This document shows, in pieces, positions 13,201 to 28,200 of a stretch of DNA of 64,000 nt. The notes below the pieces were generated by a model. That model ran no database searches. It saw nothing but the letters and a program-made list of their open reading frames with translations, and was not told where the DNA came from. The stretch lies in contig NC_092680.1 in assembly GCF_964355755.1 (NCBI RefSeq), forward strand, positions 17,617,045 to 17,681,044, written 5' to 3'. Within the stretch, counting starts at the first letter, position 1. Each line of letters begins with the position of its first letter. Source of the DNA: Antedon mediterranea (lineage: Eukaryota; Animalia; Echinodermata). A program made the translations under genes and the position numbers.

Positions 13201-16200
13201 ATTGCGATGCTTATTAGACTCTGACGCCTATTGGATCATTTGTGGTACTTCACTAGCATCTGAAACGTGCTTTATAGATTCATTCGATCTGTTTCTCTTT
13301 ACCAAAACTCCACAGTAGTTATACAATAATAAAAAGTTCATAGCTTAACATGTTCAATCAAAAATCAATAACGAATGAATGTATAATGAGTAGTACTTAG
13401 ATTGTGACGCCATTACTAACTTACCGTCTGCCTGGTTGCCATCTCTGTTAACATTTATTACAGAAAACATGTCTACGGAATCTCCATATCTAGCCTGAAA
13501 CAAGATGTTAAACGTATTGAGGCGAGACCAATCATTAGCAATGTTAATACCATGGAGAAAAACATTTTCTCCATGGTATTTATACAAACTCATAACAACA
13601 TCATCCATATTGTCGCTAGCACCACCAACTGACAACAAGTCGAAGATAGATAGTGGCATGGTGTAAATAACATATGACCTAAAATATCTTACATCATGTA
13701 TTGTAAATAAACTGTAACACAACGCTTTGAAGTAATACAGAATACATTATAATAGAATTTGTTCTTATAGCAACTTCCAATCAGGGGATCAATAATGTTA
13801 TAATGTTCTTTATTATGATAATGCACTACAGTCCGTTTGGGCAAGGTAAATCAATCTCCAATTCAAAGTATTGGATTAGCAAACAACAACAATGAATTAC
13901 AACACTCCAATGTTCCTCTCAATAAAATAAATACCTAGGTTTACTATAACATTATTTAGAGAACAAAAACAAACTGCAAACAAAATTACAAACTGTATGA
14001 AAACAAATTCCAAATGAAGAAACTATAACGTCTCGCTGTAAATCAGTATGTTATTAAAAACAACCTTTAAACAAAACCGTCAATAGAGTCACAAAGTTGT
14101 CGCGCGCAAAAGCATACCATTTTCATCATCAGTTGAACGCGCACAGCAATTTTGGAATCGGTGGGTTGAATGGCTATATAGTTTGAATAGCAATGAAACA
14201 TCAGAAAAATAAATATTATGTGCAACTACAATTACCACAATATATTTTAAAAATTAAACGGATATAAAAAGGAACAAAAACAAGGGGTGGTGTGAGGGTG
14301 GAAATGAAATGTGCGGAACATCAAAATCCATTCTGATTTGTAACTTACATCATCATCTTCTTCTTCAAGTAAATCCTTAGTTGTGGTTTAATAAAAGTAT
14401 AATTAAAAGTAACTTGTTAAAAAGTTCAATGACACTATGTCTATGTTTTTTTATTGGATGCTTAGCATTATTGTGAACATTTATTTCCTCATGTGCACTT
14501 TCAAGAACCTATAGTACAGTATCATCTTTCAAGGCGAGTAGGGTTACCTTGGTGTACTAGCACACATAGCCATAGTGACACACAGCCACTACTTAAAACT
14601 ACTACTTGTAGGGCTCCTAGTACCGTAACCGTTGATGAAGACACTCCATTACAGGATTATCCTATGGGACAGGAACACACCTATGGGACAGGAACACACC
14701 TATGGGACAGGAACACACCTATGGGACAAGAACACACCTATGGGACAGGGAACACGCCTATTAAAGATGTATTGTCTCCCTGAAACAATAATTCTTAAAA
14801 ATGTGTTGGCTGAATATGCAATTTAAATGCGACAAAATAGTTATTCACTTCGACCAAAAATTTGATTATTTACATGAAAAAACTGTAATTTAAAGCAAAA
14901 AAAATTATTTTGTCATTTTATAAGTGAAAACATAATTTTGTTCTATTGATTAACGTTATTAAACTTCAAAATGGCCTATTCAAAGTTCTATTTTATTAAA
15001 CTTCATTTTTCATGTTTTTAAGGGACAATACATCTTTAAGGAAAGACTTTGTTTTGAAACTGTCCCATTGTAGTAATCTTCTATCTCAGTTTTCAAAAGA
15101 AAGTATGGATTTACCTCATTTCTAACTTCTTTTACTGTTTCTTCATTTGTTCCATCTTGCTTAATGTCATCAGTACTATCTTCAGGTTTATTTGTTTCTT
15201 GCTGTAGTTTCTGTTGTTCTAATAGTTTTTGTTTTCTTAATCTTAATTTTCGTTTTCGTTCAGCCATCTTTCGCAACTTCTCAGCATCCATTGTCATTAC
15301 TGATTCTTTTTCTTTTTTGATATCTTTTTTCTGAAATGATTATCAGGAGGGCACTTATTTACTTATTACCAATCAGCTCATTATTATTATTATTATTGCT
15401 GAGAATGCTAATGTATTTATAGAGAGTTCCACAAACAATGTCGTCTCAAGGCCGATGAACAATAGTATCTTTATAATAATATCTGCGTGTCCGTCCGGTA
15501 TTATTCAGAGACTAGGGTCGCAAAGTCTTCAAACTTGGTGGGTGGGTGCAGCTCGGTATAGGAAAGAAGTGTTTGTCTGCGTTTGTTAGGTCGTCAAGGT
15601 CCCCCTCCCCACCCCCTTATTGAATCATGTGGGTACAGATAGACCTGCTCTTGTCACAATAAATATTGTGGATTTCATTCTAATATAGGCCTATCATTAT
15701 CGGTGATAATGGTGATAATGATGTTGTTATCTTTCATGATTTAATTACCATGATGATGTATTGTTGATGATGATGACACGGTGATGACTACACAATAACG
15801 GTAAAGACAGGTGTATTATAAACATACCCCGCTATCAACTTCTTCCGTATAAGCCATAGAAACAACAGCTAACATAAGGTTTATCAGGTAAAAAGCACCT
15901 AACATGGTTGTCATCAGAAAGTATAACATGTTCCATGGCCCTGCTGCTCGAATAACCTGCAATTAATAAAAACAAACAGCCTCAAATTATTATTTGATAT
16001 TAAAAATAAATAGGCCTTTATTCACAAGGCATTACTATTAAAATATCATCTTTTAATTGTTCGTTTTAAGCATTGACAACAAAAGCTTTATAAAGCAAAA
16101 TCGTACAACATACAAAGTCTATATTAATCTCCTTAAAACATATTTAATCTATAAAGTAAATCCAATTGTTTTGATTGTAATGTAGCGTGTTCAATAGATA

Positions 16201-19200
16201 CAGTAAAATTAAATTGATTGAAATTCCCAAAAGAAATTAATATCCTATTCCTGCAACTCAAAATAACGCAGACTCAGATAGATGCTGCATCCATTCGGTT
16301 GTAGTCGTTATTATAACATTATTATGACTATGTTGCTTATTGAAGCGTTATAGAATAAATACTTTAAATCTTATTGGATCGACTGACTCACAATTAGGAT
16401 ACGGCTGCGTTAATTAAGCTACTCTCTTGCGAAATCCTTGGAATCCAAAAGAGAGCAATACACTATTTTGCAGTAGACGTTGTAGATAATATTTTAACCA
16501 AGTGCGACTAAATGCAGTGCCACCCAAATAGCAGTAATAGTAAAAGGCCACCGAGCGTTAATTACCTTGAGCACGTACTGCTACCATGTACTGCTACAGT
16601 GCTTCTAATTATAGCCACCTAGTGTAGTGCCACTTAACAGAGTCCCTATACATTGCCAACTCCGAAGCAGGAGACCGAGGGCATTGCCAGCGAGCACAGT
16701 CTAACCGAGGGCATTTCCACAACAGAAGGTATTGCCACAGACGGTAGTGCCACAAGTTCACACTCAGCCACTTTGTCGTGGACAGATGAGAGAGCGATAG
16801 TGGCTGCACGGATATGACGTGACTGTTAGGGAAGACGCATGTAGTTGAAAAGTGTAACATCTGAGTCCACATCGCATAGAGACTATTTGTATTATGCGCT
16901 ATACAAATTTAAAACTATTAACCAATTGCGCAGTACAATGACATAATTTAGCATCAAACGTACTTACCAAATTGTACACATTTTCCCAATAGTCTAGAGT
17001 TATTAACTGAAAACACGTGAGCATAGCCCATCCAAAGTTATCGAAGTTAGTATAGCCATAGTTCGGGTTCGGATCAATATCCGGAAGACATGTATAATTC
17101 TCCGGACATTCACTGTTAAAAGAAACAGTGTCATTAAACAATTAAATATGCCTATGATTCAATAGAATTGAATAATATGTAAATATATTAAATTATTAAA
17201 TGAGAGTATTCAGTTTAAACAAAGCAACCCATTACCATCATTTATATATTTCAAGAACGCCGATTAATAGTTCTAACTTATCTCATTCATTCATTTGATA
17301 GTTTTCTTGGTATTTTTTAATGCAAAAAAAAGTTGTCCATGTGATTTATTTTCAGGTTTTATGAAAAGCAGTTAAAACCATGCTCATTCAACTATTTCTC
17401 AATTGAAAGAAAAGAAGTGTTTTTACAATTGAAAAACTTTTACACTAAACGATCTTAAAATAATACATACACTCTATATTACAGATAAAAAAAATATAAC
17501 AGATCTTACCTCCATCCACCGCTATGATAATAAAAGATAAAATAAAACAGGAGATTAGAATAGGCTACTAAATTGTTTAAAATACAATAGGCCACTAAAT
17601 TGTTTAAAATACAATAGGCTACTAAATTGTTTTAATGTAAAAAATGCGCAGCATATCCGAGTTCTGTCGGTTAGATTCGTGTAGTGGAAAACAGGCCTGA
17701 AGTGAGATCTTCTAGTTTATAGGCCTATTATGTAATATGATGAAGTTAATATAATGTAACTCACCCAATCCCCGTTATATTGCTACACACCAGAGGATCT
17801 CCGTTCAACATAAACCAATTTGCTTTAAAAAAAAAACAACACGAAAGATTTAATATAAATTAATTTGTCCTGGCATAGCTAGACTCTGCATAAAATGATG
17901 TTTGTTTAGGTTCAAAGGATTTTAAATTACGTCATTTGAATATTTTCGTACGCAGAAATAATATTGATGTTGGTAAAATTAGTGTCTCGTTTAGGGTAGT
18001 AGAAGTTAATGGTGTTTATATTGCATTCAAATGGCATCAATCTAGGATTGATTGCGCTAATAATAATCAAATACACATTGCTGATGATTGTGTTTCGTCA
18101 GCGAATATTTAAGAAAAAACACAATTATAATATTGTATGAACTGGCAATTTTATTATTAATTTTTAAAAGGGCAAGGGAAGTGAGAATCTCAAATTGTCC
18201 TGTTATTACTAGTAATACTTCTACTAATAAAGTATTTATTCTGTTTTATATTATTATTATGTATTTATTCACATTATTTAGTTGAATATCTTCGTTTTGT
18301 CACTTTATTCGAAAAGTTCTTACTCATGGTTGTCAAAGGTAGGCATAGTAATAATAACAACAAACTTACTTTCATTGGCTATATAACTATTATAATACTC
18401 CTCCGTTTCATTTATGTCTGTAATATCAATGGATGCAACGCATTTTTGTTTCAAAGTTCCCATATACACTTGCAACGAAAGTAACGCGAATATACTAAGT
18501 ATAAAAAAAGTTAACACCATAACTTCACCGAGCATCTTCATAGACCGCAGTAGTGCATTTATTATAGATTTCAATCCTGAAAAAAAGATTAAATTGTGGT
18601 AATTTGAGAATTTCTATTACACGTTAATTGATTTTAATGCTTGTAGCTAATTAAAAAATATGATGACATTAAAAATTTAAGGGATGGAAATCCCAAGCCT
18701 ACTTCCAGTTGTTAATTTTGTTTCTAATCAGAATGAATATCACACTTCTTTATTTTGAGCCTCTTAACATGGAGAAAAAAAGCCTGTTTTCTTCAGGCGA
18801 GTCTATTCGTGCGAATCGAACATTTCTGAATTGGCTGCGCAGTTTTAGCATTCACGCGATAGTTTAAAACTGGCTAGGCTATGCAAGTTTAATAACAATA
18901 ATAATAACAGGATTTTCATAGCGCACATACCACTCAAGAGTGCTCAAGTTTGTATGTGATTAGTTATAAGCTATTTAATGAACAGCATTCAATCATATTG
19001 CAAATGCCTAAAAGCAAATTGACGCCGACATCCCCTCGTATTGATCTTCGGTCTTGTGGGAGCTTTAAGCTTGGTTCCCACTAGGACGCAACGCAAGGAC
19101 GTAACACAATGAAAAAGTAGCAGTTCGAATAAACAATCGCTTGCGTTGCGCTTACTTTCCTTGCGTTGCGTCCCAGTAGAAGCTTCCACAACGACCAAAG

Positions 19201-22200
19201 ACCGATACGAAGATCTTTAAGAAGTTATTAGCTCAACGCCGATCAATTTGTAAAATATGCATTGAAAACAAAAAAAATTCCGTGGTATTCTTCAGTAGTT
19301 GACGACGGATATTGATGGTTATGCGATGTTTTCTTTTACAAATAAAATTGCACAATATATCTCCATAATGGAAACTATGCTCAATGTGAAACATTATTAC
19401 ATGCGTGTCTAGAGCAGTCAATCATAATATCTATAAATAAGCTTTAATCTTTTATTCAAATTCAATTATACGATTTCCTCGAAGCGTAACGGATTTTTTT
19501 TGCTTTTATAATTACAATAATATGTCAATTTCGCCCAATATTCATGCTATATATTTGACATATAAATTATTTATTAACTTGTTATTTGCAACCGCCACCC
19601 GCAAACAATACATGAATAATTAACAAAGTTATATAAATATAAATAAATAAATTCCTCCCTAAGCAGAGAAAAATTAAAGATTTCTCCCTAAGTAGAGAAA
19701 AATTAAACAACAGATATTTTCTTCCAAATTCCTCCCTAAGCAGAGAGAAAGTCTCTAAAGACAAAATCTTCTCCTTCAAATTCTTCCCTAATATAAGCAG
19801 AGAAACATTCTCTCAAAGAGTTCAAACTTCTTTTGTTCCCGAACACAACATTGTCTATGCTTCCCTCTAAGAAGAGCATGTAGATCTTTATAACATGGAT
19901 GAATTATTAAGTTCATTATTTTCAGATTTACCTTGAAAGAAACGGAAACCCACAGGCCAAACATAGGCTATTATATCAGACGTACCCTGGGATTCAGTCA
20001 TTATTACTGTGTACAAAATTACCGTTGGCAATAGAAACATGATCGCATGAAACGCCTGTGAAAACACTATCGGATATCTGAATGATGGTATTTCAATGAT
20101 AGGAAACGAAATTAATTAATTCTGTTTTAGATCGCTTAATCGATCTACTGGGTTAATCTTAATAGAAAATAGGTTGTCTGGGCTAAGTACATTGTATACT
20201 TATATAGCTTTTATTTACACAGTATAATATATTTGTTATGGGCTCTAAACGTGTATGTTTAAAGGTTTGTATGGCGAAAAAACAACAATTAAGATAGGTT
20301 TGCAGTTATAGGCCTAGGCCTACACAATGTGTTTTTCCGAAAAAGAAGTATAAGTTAGGTTGAATGTCTTGACGATACTCATACCATCTTCTGGAGGAAT
20401 GAAACGTCGAGAAATCCTCACTTTCCATCCTTTTCGGAAACATATACATGTACTGCAAATATAACATTTTTAGTCGCATGGACGTGACTCTATAGTTCAC
20501 TATGTCGGTCGGTCGGTCGGTCTGTCGGTCTGTCGGTCTGTCTGTCGGTCCGGTATCACTATGCGTTTCATCGCTTTCTGACCTTATCTTGATATCAGTT
20601 TAATCTAGCTAAGTCAATTTTTCACAGTATATTCCTTATGGCCAGGAATAGATGTGGTTATGTTTTAACGGTGCGCAATAAAAAATTACGTGGTCTACGC
20701 ACGATTTAACGAAATCACGTTTGTAATCATATCTTCACAACCATGAATCACAATTAAATAAAATTTGGTACTCATAAATTTCAGGGCATAAATCATCATA
20801 TGGCAATACAATTACGTGCGTAGCGCATGTAACGCGCGCTTAAAATTTTACAAAATTTATTTTCGATGAAATAAGAGTACGTTTCAGGCACTTTTAAGCG
20901 TTTACAAAATTGCCATGAGTGCGCAGATTTTTGCGCGCGCACTGCGCGTTAAATGTTATTGCGCACACTTTTTGCCCGATTTCTGTTTTCTTGACTTTCT
21001 TTTCAACTCGAAATTACGTTATACGAGCACGTCAAAAGTGACAGGCTACGCACGTGTAAATTAGAAAAATATAACTGTTTTTAAACATTTCAACATTTTT
21101 AAACATGTTCAGTAATTTCGGTCAGTTGGTAGGTTGGTCGGTTGGTCGGTAAACACTAATGAGCACGCGACTGCAGCCATCTATATGGCCTTGTTGCTAA
21201 CAACGTTTGGTTTTAATTACTTTACCTGGTACTACGGATATCGTCTTTAATGCTCTTAGAACACGAAACGCCCTCAGGGCTGTAAAATCACCAACTTCTA
21301 CGTTAAAAAGACTAACGCAAAATGTAATATACCTGTGAACAAAATAATACTTTTTTTAAATATAATTATTCAAAATATAAATATAATTATTCAGTGTTTA
21401 AAATATTCGTTATTGATTCACAAACATTTAAAGTGTGTCGTCTTCCACAAGACCACATTATTAGAGGCCCTGTTTACGTTAAAATAAGGGGACAACTGAG
21501 CATATAAGCACTGTACAATATCAATTTCCTAGATACAATCTTTTAATTATATTCCATTTACATGTGCTTGTTTCCTTAGTGTGATTGAGTCGTGAAAACT
21601 AATTATTAGAGGCCCTTCTTACGTTAAAATAAGGGGAAAATTGAGCATATAAGCACTGTACAATATTAATTTCCTAGGTACAATCTTTTAATATTCCATT
21701 TACATAAATATGTGCTTGTTTCCTTAGTGTGATTGAGTCGTGAAAACTAATTATTAGAGGCCCTTCTTACGTTAAAATAAGGGGAAAATTGAGCATATAA
21801 GCGCTGTACAATATTAATTTCCTAGGTAAAATCTTTATATTTCATTTACATAAATATGTGCTTGTTTTCTTAGTGTGATTGAGTCGTAAAAACTAAGAAA
21901 TTGTTTTCACTGTTAACAACTTTTCATGAATATTGCTCGAGATTCAATTGACTACACATCATTGTGATGTCAGTATTGTGTTTTGATAAGCCATTCTTTG
22001 CTCTATAACAATTAATAACAAAAGAGAATGTCACAAGTATCTGACATTGCATCTTCAATTATTCATCAACTACGTCATTAACCTTCTTCACATCTTAAAG
22101 GTCATTATTGATATTGGTATCGCCTTGTGTTGTTGTTGTGTAAGCATGGAGGAATTTTATGGTTTAATATATCAGAATATATAAATGAACATACAGTTCA

Positions 22201-25200
22201 TTGTCAACAAAATCGATAAAATAATAATATATCTATGTAGGCCTATGCATAAATTCATTCATAAGGAAACATATATTGGTCAGCCTTGCTTTATTTTACA
22301 TGTATAAGCAGCAATAAAAACAATAATGATACCAAACACTAATAATCACAACGATTTTCGGTGGCCTAAACAGTCCAACGGACGGCGCATCCCGGGTAAG
22401 TTACCGATAATTGGCCCATGAAGTTAACTTAGTGGGGGTAAATTAACTAAACCCGATTTACCGTTATCCTTGGTTCCAACGGGAATCTAATTTCAAATTC
22501 TGAATACATAGGCCTAACTGTATGTATAACAGGGCATGGAAACTTTATCAATTATTAAACTTGGAGTCAATTTAGACGAACCAAAAACACTACTTATAGA
22601 CCAGCGATTACACTGAACCAATCAGAAATGATGAAAGTGTAAGTGTCGCAGTATAAGACTTTATTTCGATCCCTCCCCCACCCCACATAAAAATAAATAC
22701 TTACGCTAATAAAATAACTAAAAAATCCAGCCAATTCCATGGATCTCTTAGATAAGTGAATTCTTTTAGTACAAAACCTCTTGCTATAACTTTGACCATC
22801 ATTTCAATAGAATATATGGTTGTGAATAAATATTCGGCAATTTCTAAATGTATTGGCCTGTAAATAATGAAAGTATAATTATAGGAAATACAATAATAAA
22901 ATTTGGAAGTCATAGGTGAGTTTTTTGGTCAGATTTTTAAAACTAGTAGCTGTACAGTTGTATACTCTGTGGCCTACATTTAGAACAACATTGCAAACAA
23001 AACTGCGTATGGTTTAAAATGTTACATTAAGCAGCTCCAACTTTATGAGATAAACAAAATGTGTCCATGGTCATGATGATGTCATAGCACTACCTTATTT
23101 GAGCATATCACTATCATATTTGAGCATATCACTGTCATATTTGGATACATCACACTTTTTTGGTCAAACTAGTTTGATAGTGTAGACATATCTTTACAAA
23201 CCACTTCAATATACAGTGTAGGCCTAATTACGTCAGATAATAATGACGATTAAGTTGACGAGGCTAGTAGTCAGGATAGTAGGCCTAAAGATAGTGATGA
23301 GGTAATTATAATAAAGTATAATAAATAAAAATAATGATGAAAATAATAATAATAAACTCACACATCTTCATCCTCTGGCCTAGGCACATCCATTGCTAAA
23401 AATATACAGTTTACTAAAATGGTAAGAATTACAAAAATATCAAATAATGTGATTCTTGTTAAGGAACACAACAAAAGGTAAAACAGTATACATCACAATC
23501 TAGTTACATGCGCGCCCGAGTGGGAAGACATCGAGAGATACAAAATGTGACAGTCTGTGCCTATATACATTTTAAAGCATTGTCTACGTTATTATCAAAC
23601 TTGTTTGACAAAAACAGTGTGATATTCCCAAATATGGTAGTGATATGCTCAAATATAACAGTGATATGACATCACCCTGTCCATATATGGGCACATCACA
23701 TTTATTTTGTCATATACAGTTTGGAATGTAGACAGAGCTTTGGATTCAAGATTCAAGATTCAAGAAATTTTATTTGTCCATAAAATGGAAATTCACTTTG
23801 CTTGGTAGATTAAAACAACAGTATTGCAACAATTTAAAAACGTGCAGTATTATAACAGATTAAAAATACAAGATAAAAAGTTAAAAATACTGTTAAAAAT
23901 GTAAAACTATTAAAAATTGCATTAACGTCTTACATTAGAATTAAAAATATGAATGCTATTTACAACGAAGGATTTTCTAGTTCTACAATGATTTGCTCTT
24001 GGAGGTCGTAGCCTAATGCCTGATCTATTTAAGTTATAACAGTAATGTAACGGATGAGTGGGGTCTTTCATAATATTGTTAACTTTTTTTAGAATACTCT
24101 TTTCATAGATAAATGAACAAGGCGTTAGATCAGCTTTAATAATACGTTGTGCAATTTTACGTGGTCTCTCAATATTTTTCTTATCATTTTCAGTAAAGTT
24201 ACCATAAAAACATCCAATGCTAAAAGATAAAATACTTTGAATAATACTTTGATAAAATAGAATTAAAATAGTGTTATCAACTCTAATTTGCTTGAGTTTT
24301 CTGAGAAAGTAGAGCCTTTGAGATGCCTTCTTAGTTATTGGAGAGACAAACCATGGAGAAACTATAAGCAAAACAACACATACATTGTTTTATAACAATT
24401 ATTCTGTTTAGAGATATGAAATGAAAATTGCTTGCTTAATTGTGTGACGTATAATGTATTCCATAAAGTGGATCTTTAATAATAAAATTATTATTACAAT
24501 TTGTAATATCATTCTCCTCAGATCTTAAATAAAATAACATTGTAAACATAATTATATGAAAATAACATTGTAAATTCCCACGCAGTTCTTTTTTTTATAA
24601 ATATTATGATTGTGTTCATGATAATTACGTTTTTAAGAAAGTACATGTAGCCGATAGTTATTTTTATATTATATGCCTTTATGCTCATTAACAGTCTAAA
24701 TTAAAGTCGATCGTATGCCCAGAACAATAATTGACAATGTGCTTTTTTATAATATATACTCAGTTTAGACACGTTCTTTCTTCATTCGTGTTGGTACCAT
24801 TTACTTTAAATGTTCACCAAGGTTATCCATTATTTATTTAGTGGGGACGTTTTACTTTTAAAAAATGTCTTTGGTATAATAACGCACAATGAAGGTTTTC
24901 TTTTATCTGATTGTATAAAGAAAGATGTTGTTAAATAAATACATTAAAGCTGTATTTGACTGGCATTGCCTCGTGTGAACACGAGTGTACGAGGATCAGC
25001 AAATTAATTATCAGGCAGCAAATTTTACTAAAACCTCTTAACTTAAGATATTTTTACAAAAGACTTTATGAATCGTAAGTAACTGCAAGTAATTTAATCA
25101 AAGGATATCTATGTGTAAGAATAAGCAGCATAAGTCGTCGAACCGGGTTGATAGGTGAAAAACAAAACAACGCCTTTGAAGCGGAGAATCGGTACAGTGA

Positions 25201-28200
25201 CGTCTTTCCTCCAAAACGCTCTCCAACAACCATAAACGTCTGAAAATAGAAACACAGGTGATTTAAATAATCAATGACAGATTTATGAACAAAGTAAAAG
25301 TATACTTAAAATCATTTTATCATTCAGGGTGAACGATCAGGGTGCATTGTGTTGCCATACAAAGCGTGTGGATACGAAGTGACTTCATATGAAACATATG
25401 GGGCGCCACATAACCAGCAAAAGTACAGTATATACATTTTACAGAGCCATATATTTCAAATATATGACTCTGTAAAAGTGTATATGTGTGTTAAATGGGT
25501 GTGTCCGCTAAATAGGGGTTGAGTGTTAAAACAAGTTGCTCCTTGTTTGTTTAATTGAAACGTCTCCTAATAGAAGGGAGGTTTCCATGAATAGTGGGAT
25601 CAGGATTATGTTGGTTTTTTTTTCGATTTTTGTTAAATGATAGTTGTTGTTCTTGCCTTTTGTGTACGTTTTTATGAAATTGTATTACCCCAACCAAATG
25701 AATTTCTCTGGAGTCTGGGTAATGAAGTGTTATTTGTTGTATTGTATAGGGGTGTGTCCTTGAAGACAAGAGGCGTTCTACTGTAGCCTAATTATGTAAA
25801 TGTACATATATTTATACATTGTCTGTTATCAACTGCAATTAATGAAAACGGCCATATTTATATTATAAGATTGATTACAAATTTCATAAAACACGCTATA
25901 TCGGTCTGAACACGGATGAATACAGAGTGTATCTATCTATATCTCCATGGTTCAAAGAATATTATTTTCAGAACATAATATGTTATCCCTAAGGACGTAC
26001 ATGCGGAGGATTATAAATATAAAGGTACAAAGATATATGACATCCATGTGATAGGATTCAACGCAGTTACTAAGTATTGACGTTTTCAATTCAGCGGCAA
26101 CTCAGCGAAGAGACTGGTGAATAATACATGATGAATTAATAATTTGTATTTTAACAACAATATGTATAGTTTCATATTAATATCTCCGACAATTTCATCT
26201 TAACATATATGTATAATTTGTCATTTTTATTGTTTCCATAGAAATATCTACGTGTCCTTTTGTTGATGTTAATCTCTGTTTATGGTGTTTTTTATAATAG
26301 AAGATTAGTAATTGCTATTTTTCTATTAAAATGCGTATACAAATATAGGCCTATATGCGATGTAGACGTGCACCCAATTTGTGATAATATGATAATTTAT
26401 ATATTGTTGTGTTTAGTTGCCGTTTTCTATATTTTCTTCAAAATCAGTAGTAGGAGGAGTTTAACATTTCAGACTTTTAAATAGTGTTTCATTAGACGCG
26501 TTTACATGTCTAAATACATTTAGAAGTGCTTTATTTAAACGCGTTTACATGTCTAAACACATTTAAAAGTGCTTTATTTAAACGCGTTTACATCTAAACA
26601 CATTTAAAAGTGCTTTATTTAAACGCGTTTACATTATATAAACACATTTAAATGTGCTTTATTTAAACGCGTTTACATGTCTTAATTCTTACCTTTAGTA
26701 ATTCTTACTAAAGGTAAGAATTACTAAAGGTAAGAATTAAGAAGTGCTTTATTTTAAACGCGTTTACATGTCTAAATACATTTAGAAGTGCTTTATTTAA
26801 ACACGTTTACATGTCTAAACACATTTAGAAGTGCTTTATTTTAAACAGGTTTAGATATTAAAATCTGAGAGCCCAAGATCTCTACAAATATTTTTAAATT
26901 TTGTATACGAATTAACATTAGCTATTTAAAATAATCTGATTTCTACCACGAGTCACAACACTTTTGTATTAGACATAATTAATTTAACTGACATCTGATA
27001 ATTGTGAGGGCTATACAAGTATCTATTGACCATGAGCCTCGCTGTTAACGTTAATCACTTTCCTAATTTATCTGTCTGATAAATACAAAAAATAAGAAAA
27101 GAACAAATTTAGTTGATTAATCATTTCTTAACTTATTTAGTTTCATTTTGCATTAACAAGCTTCCGTTTACAATGTCAATATATTCATTTTGATGAATTA
27201 CTCTTATTTACTTACTGTATTAAAGCCCAACATTTTTGGCCGCCCTTTATTTTTAAGCAACGATCGCGAAAATAAAGGGCGCGCGAAAATCACGAAAATC
27301 CCTACGATGTTGTTTAGAGTCTATCAGGCCTAGCCTAGGCTTAGTTAGGTATATTATTTTCTAGTATTTCAAATTATATACAGTTTGTTTGTTAATTAAC
27401 GATATACATTTTCAACAATGGTAAGATGGAAGTCGTTTACAATAGAAAATAGTCATTTAAAAAAACATATGAGTCTATCATCATTATCAAAGACAACTTA
27501 TTATTGATTGTATTATTCAGTGTAATCGATATATAAAGTACATTACAAGATAAAATTCATAACGAGTTACTAAAAACTAAAAATAGAGAAATTTAGATCC
27601 AAAATAAATTATTTCTATTTTATTAGATTGTTAAATGATTTAATTACGTTCTTTTCTGTAGCCTTACACTTTTAAGAATTGATCTAGCAGTGGTTGATTC
27701 ATAACCATAGTGGAGGTTAGAGTTGGCTGGTCCTGTAGAATTTCGTTGCACATAGGCCTATCAATGTATAAGTGCAATTTACAAAGATGTAACAGCTCTA
27801 TTTTTATTATTATCTTAGCTCAGCCCAAACCATGATATGGCTGGTCCTGGAGACTTATATATTTTGCTTCATGTTTCGAAGTACAATCCAATTTCCGGGC
27901 ACCTAGCAACTCTATTTTTCAAAATTATCTTAGCTCAGTCCCAACAATGATAGGGCTGGTCCTGGAGACTTAGATATTTTATTTCATAATTTCGAAGTAC
28001 AATCCAATTTCAGGGCACCTGGCAACTTTATTTTTTAAAATTTTCTTAGCTCCATCCCAACTATGGTGGGCTGGTCCTGGAGACTTATATATTTTGCTTC
28101 ATGTTTCGAAGTACAATCCAATTTCCGGGCATCTAGCAACTCTATTTTTCTAAATTATCTTAGCTCAGTCCAAACCATGGTAGGGCTGGTCCTGGAGACT

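Noticed and set aside
14118-14173. Exon-like 56-nt segment (tatag|...ATG|gtatgc) in the Nav2 I-II linker region
   Set aside because: It has a TGA in phase 0, the phase required by its neighbours; at most a poison exon, with no further support.
23922-24371. 149-aa ORF as a nested host gene
   Set aside because: It is a truncated LINE ORF2 C-terminus with a repeat tail; the N-terminal residues come from flanking DNA.
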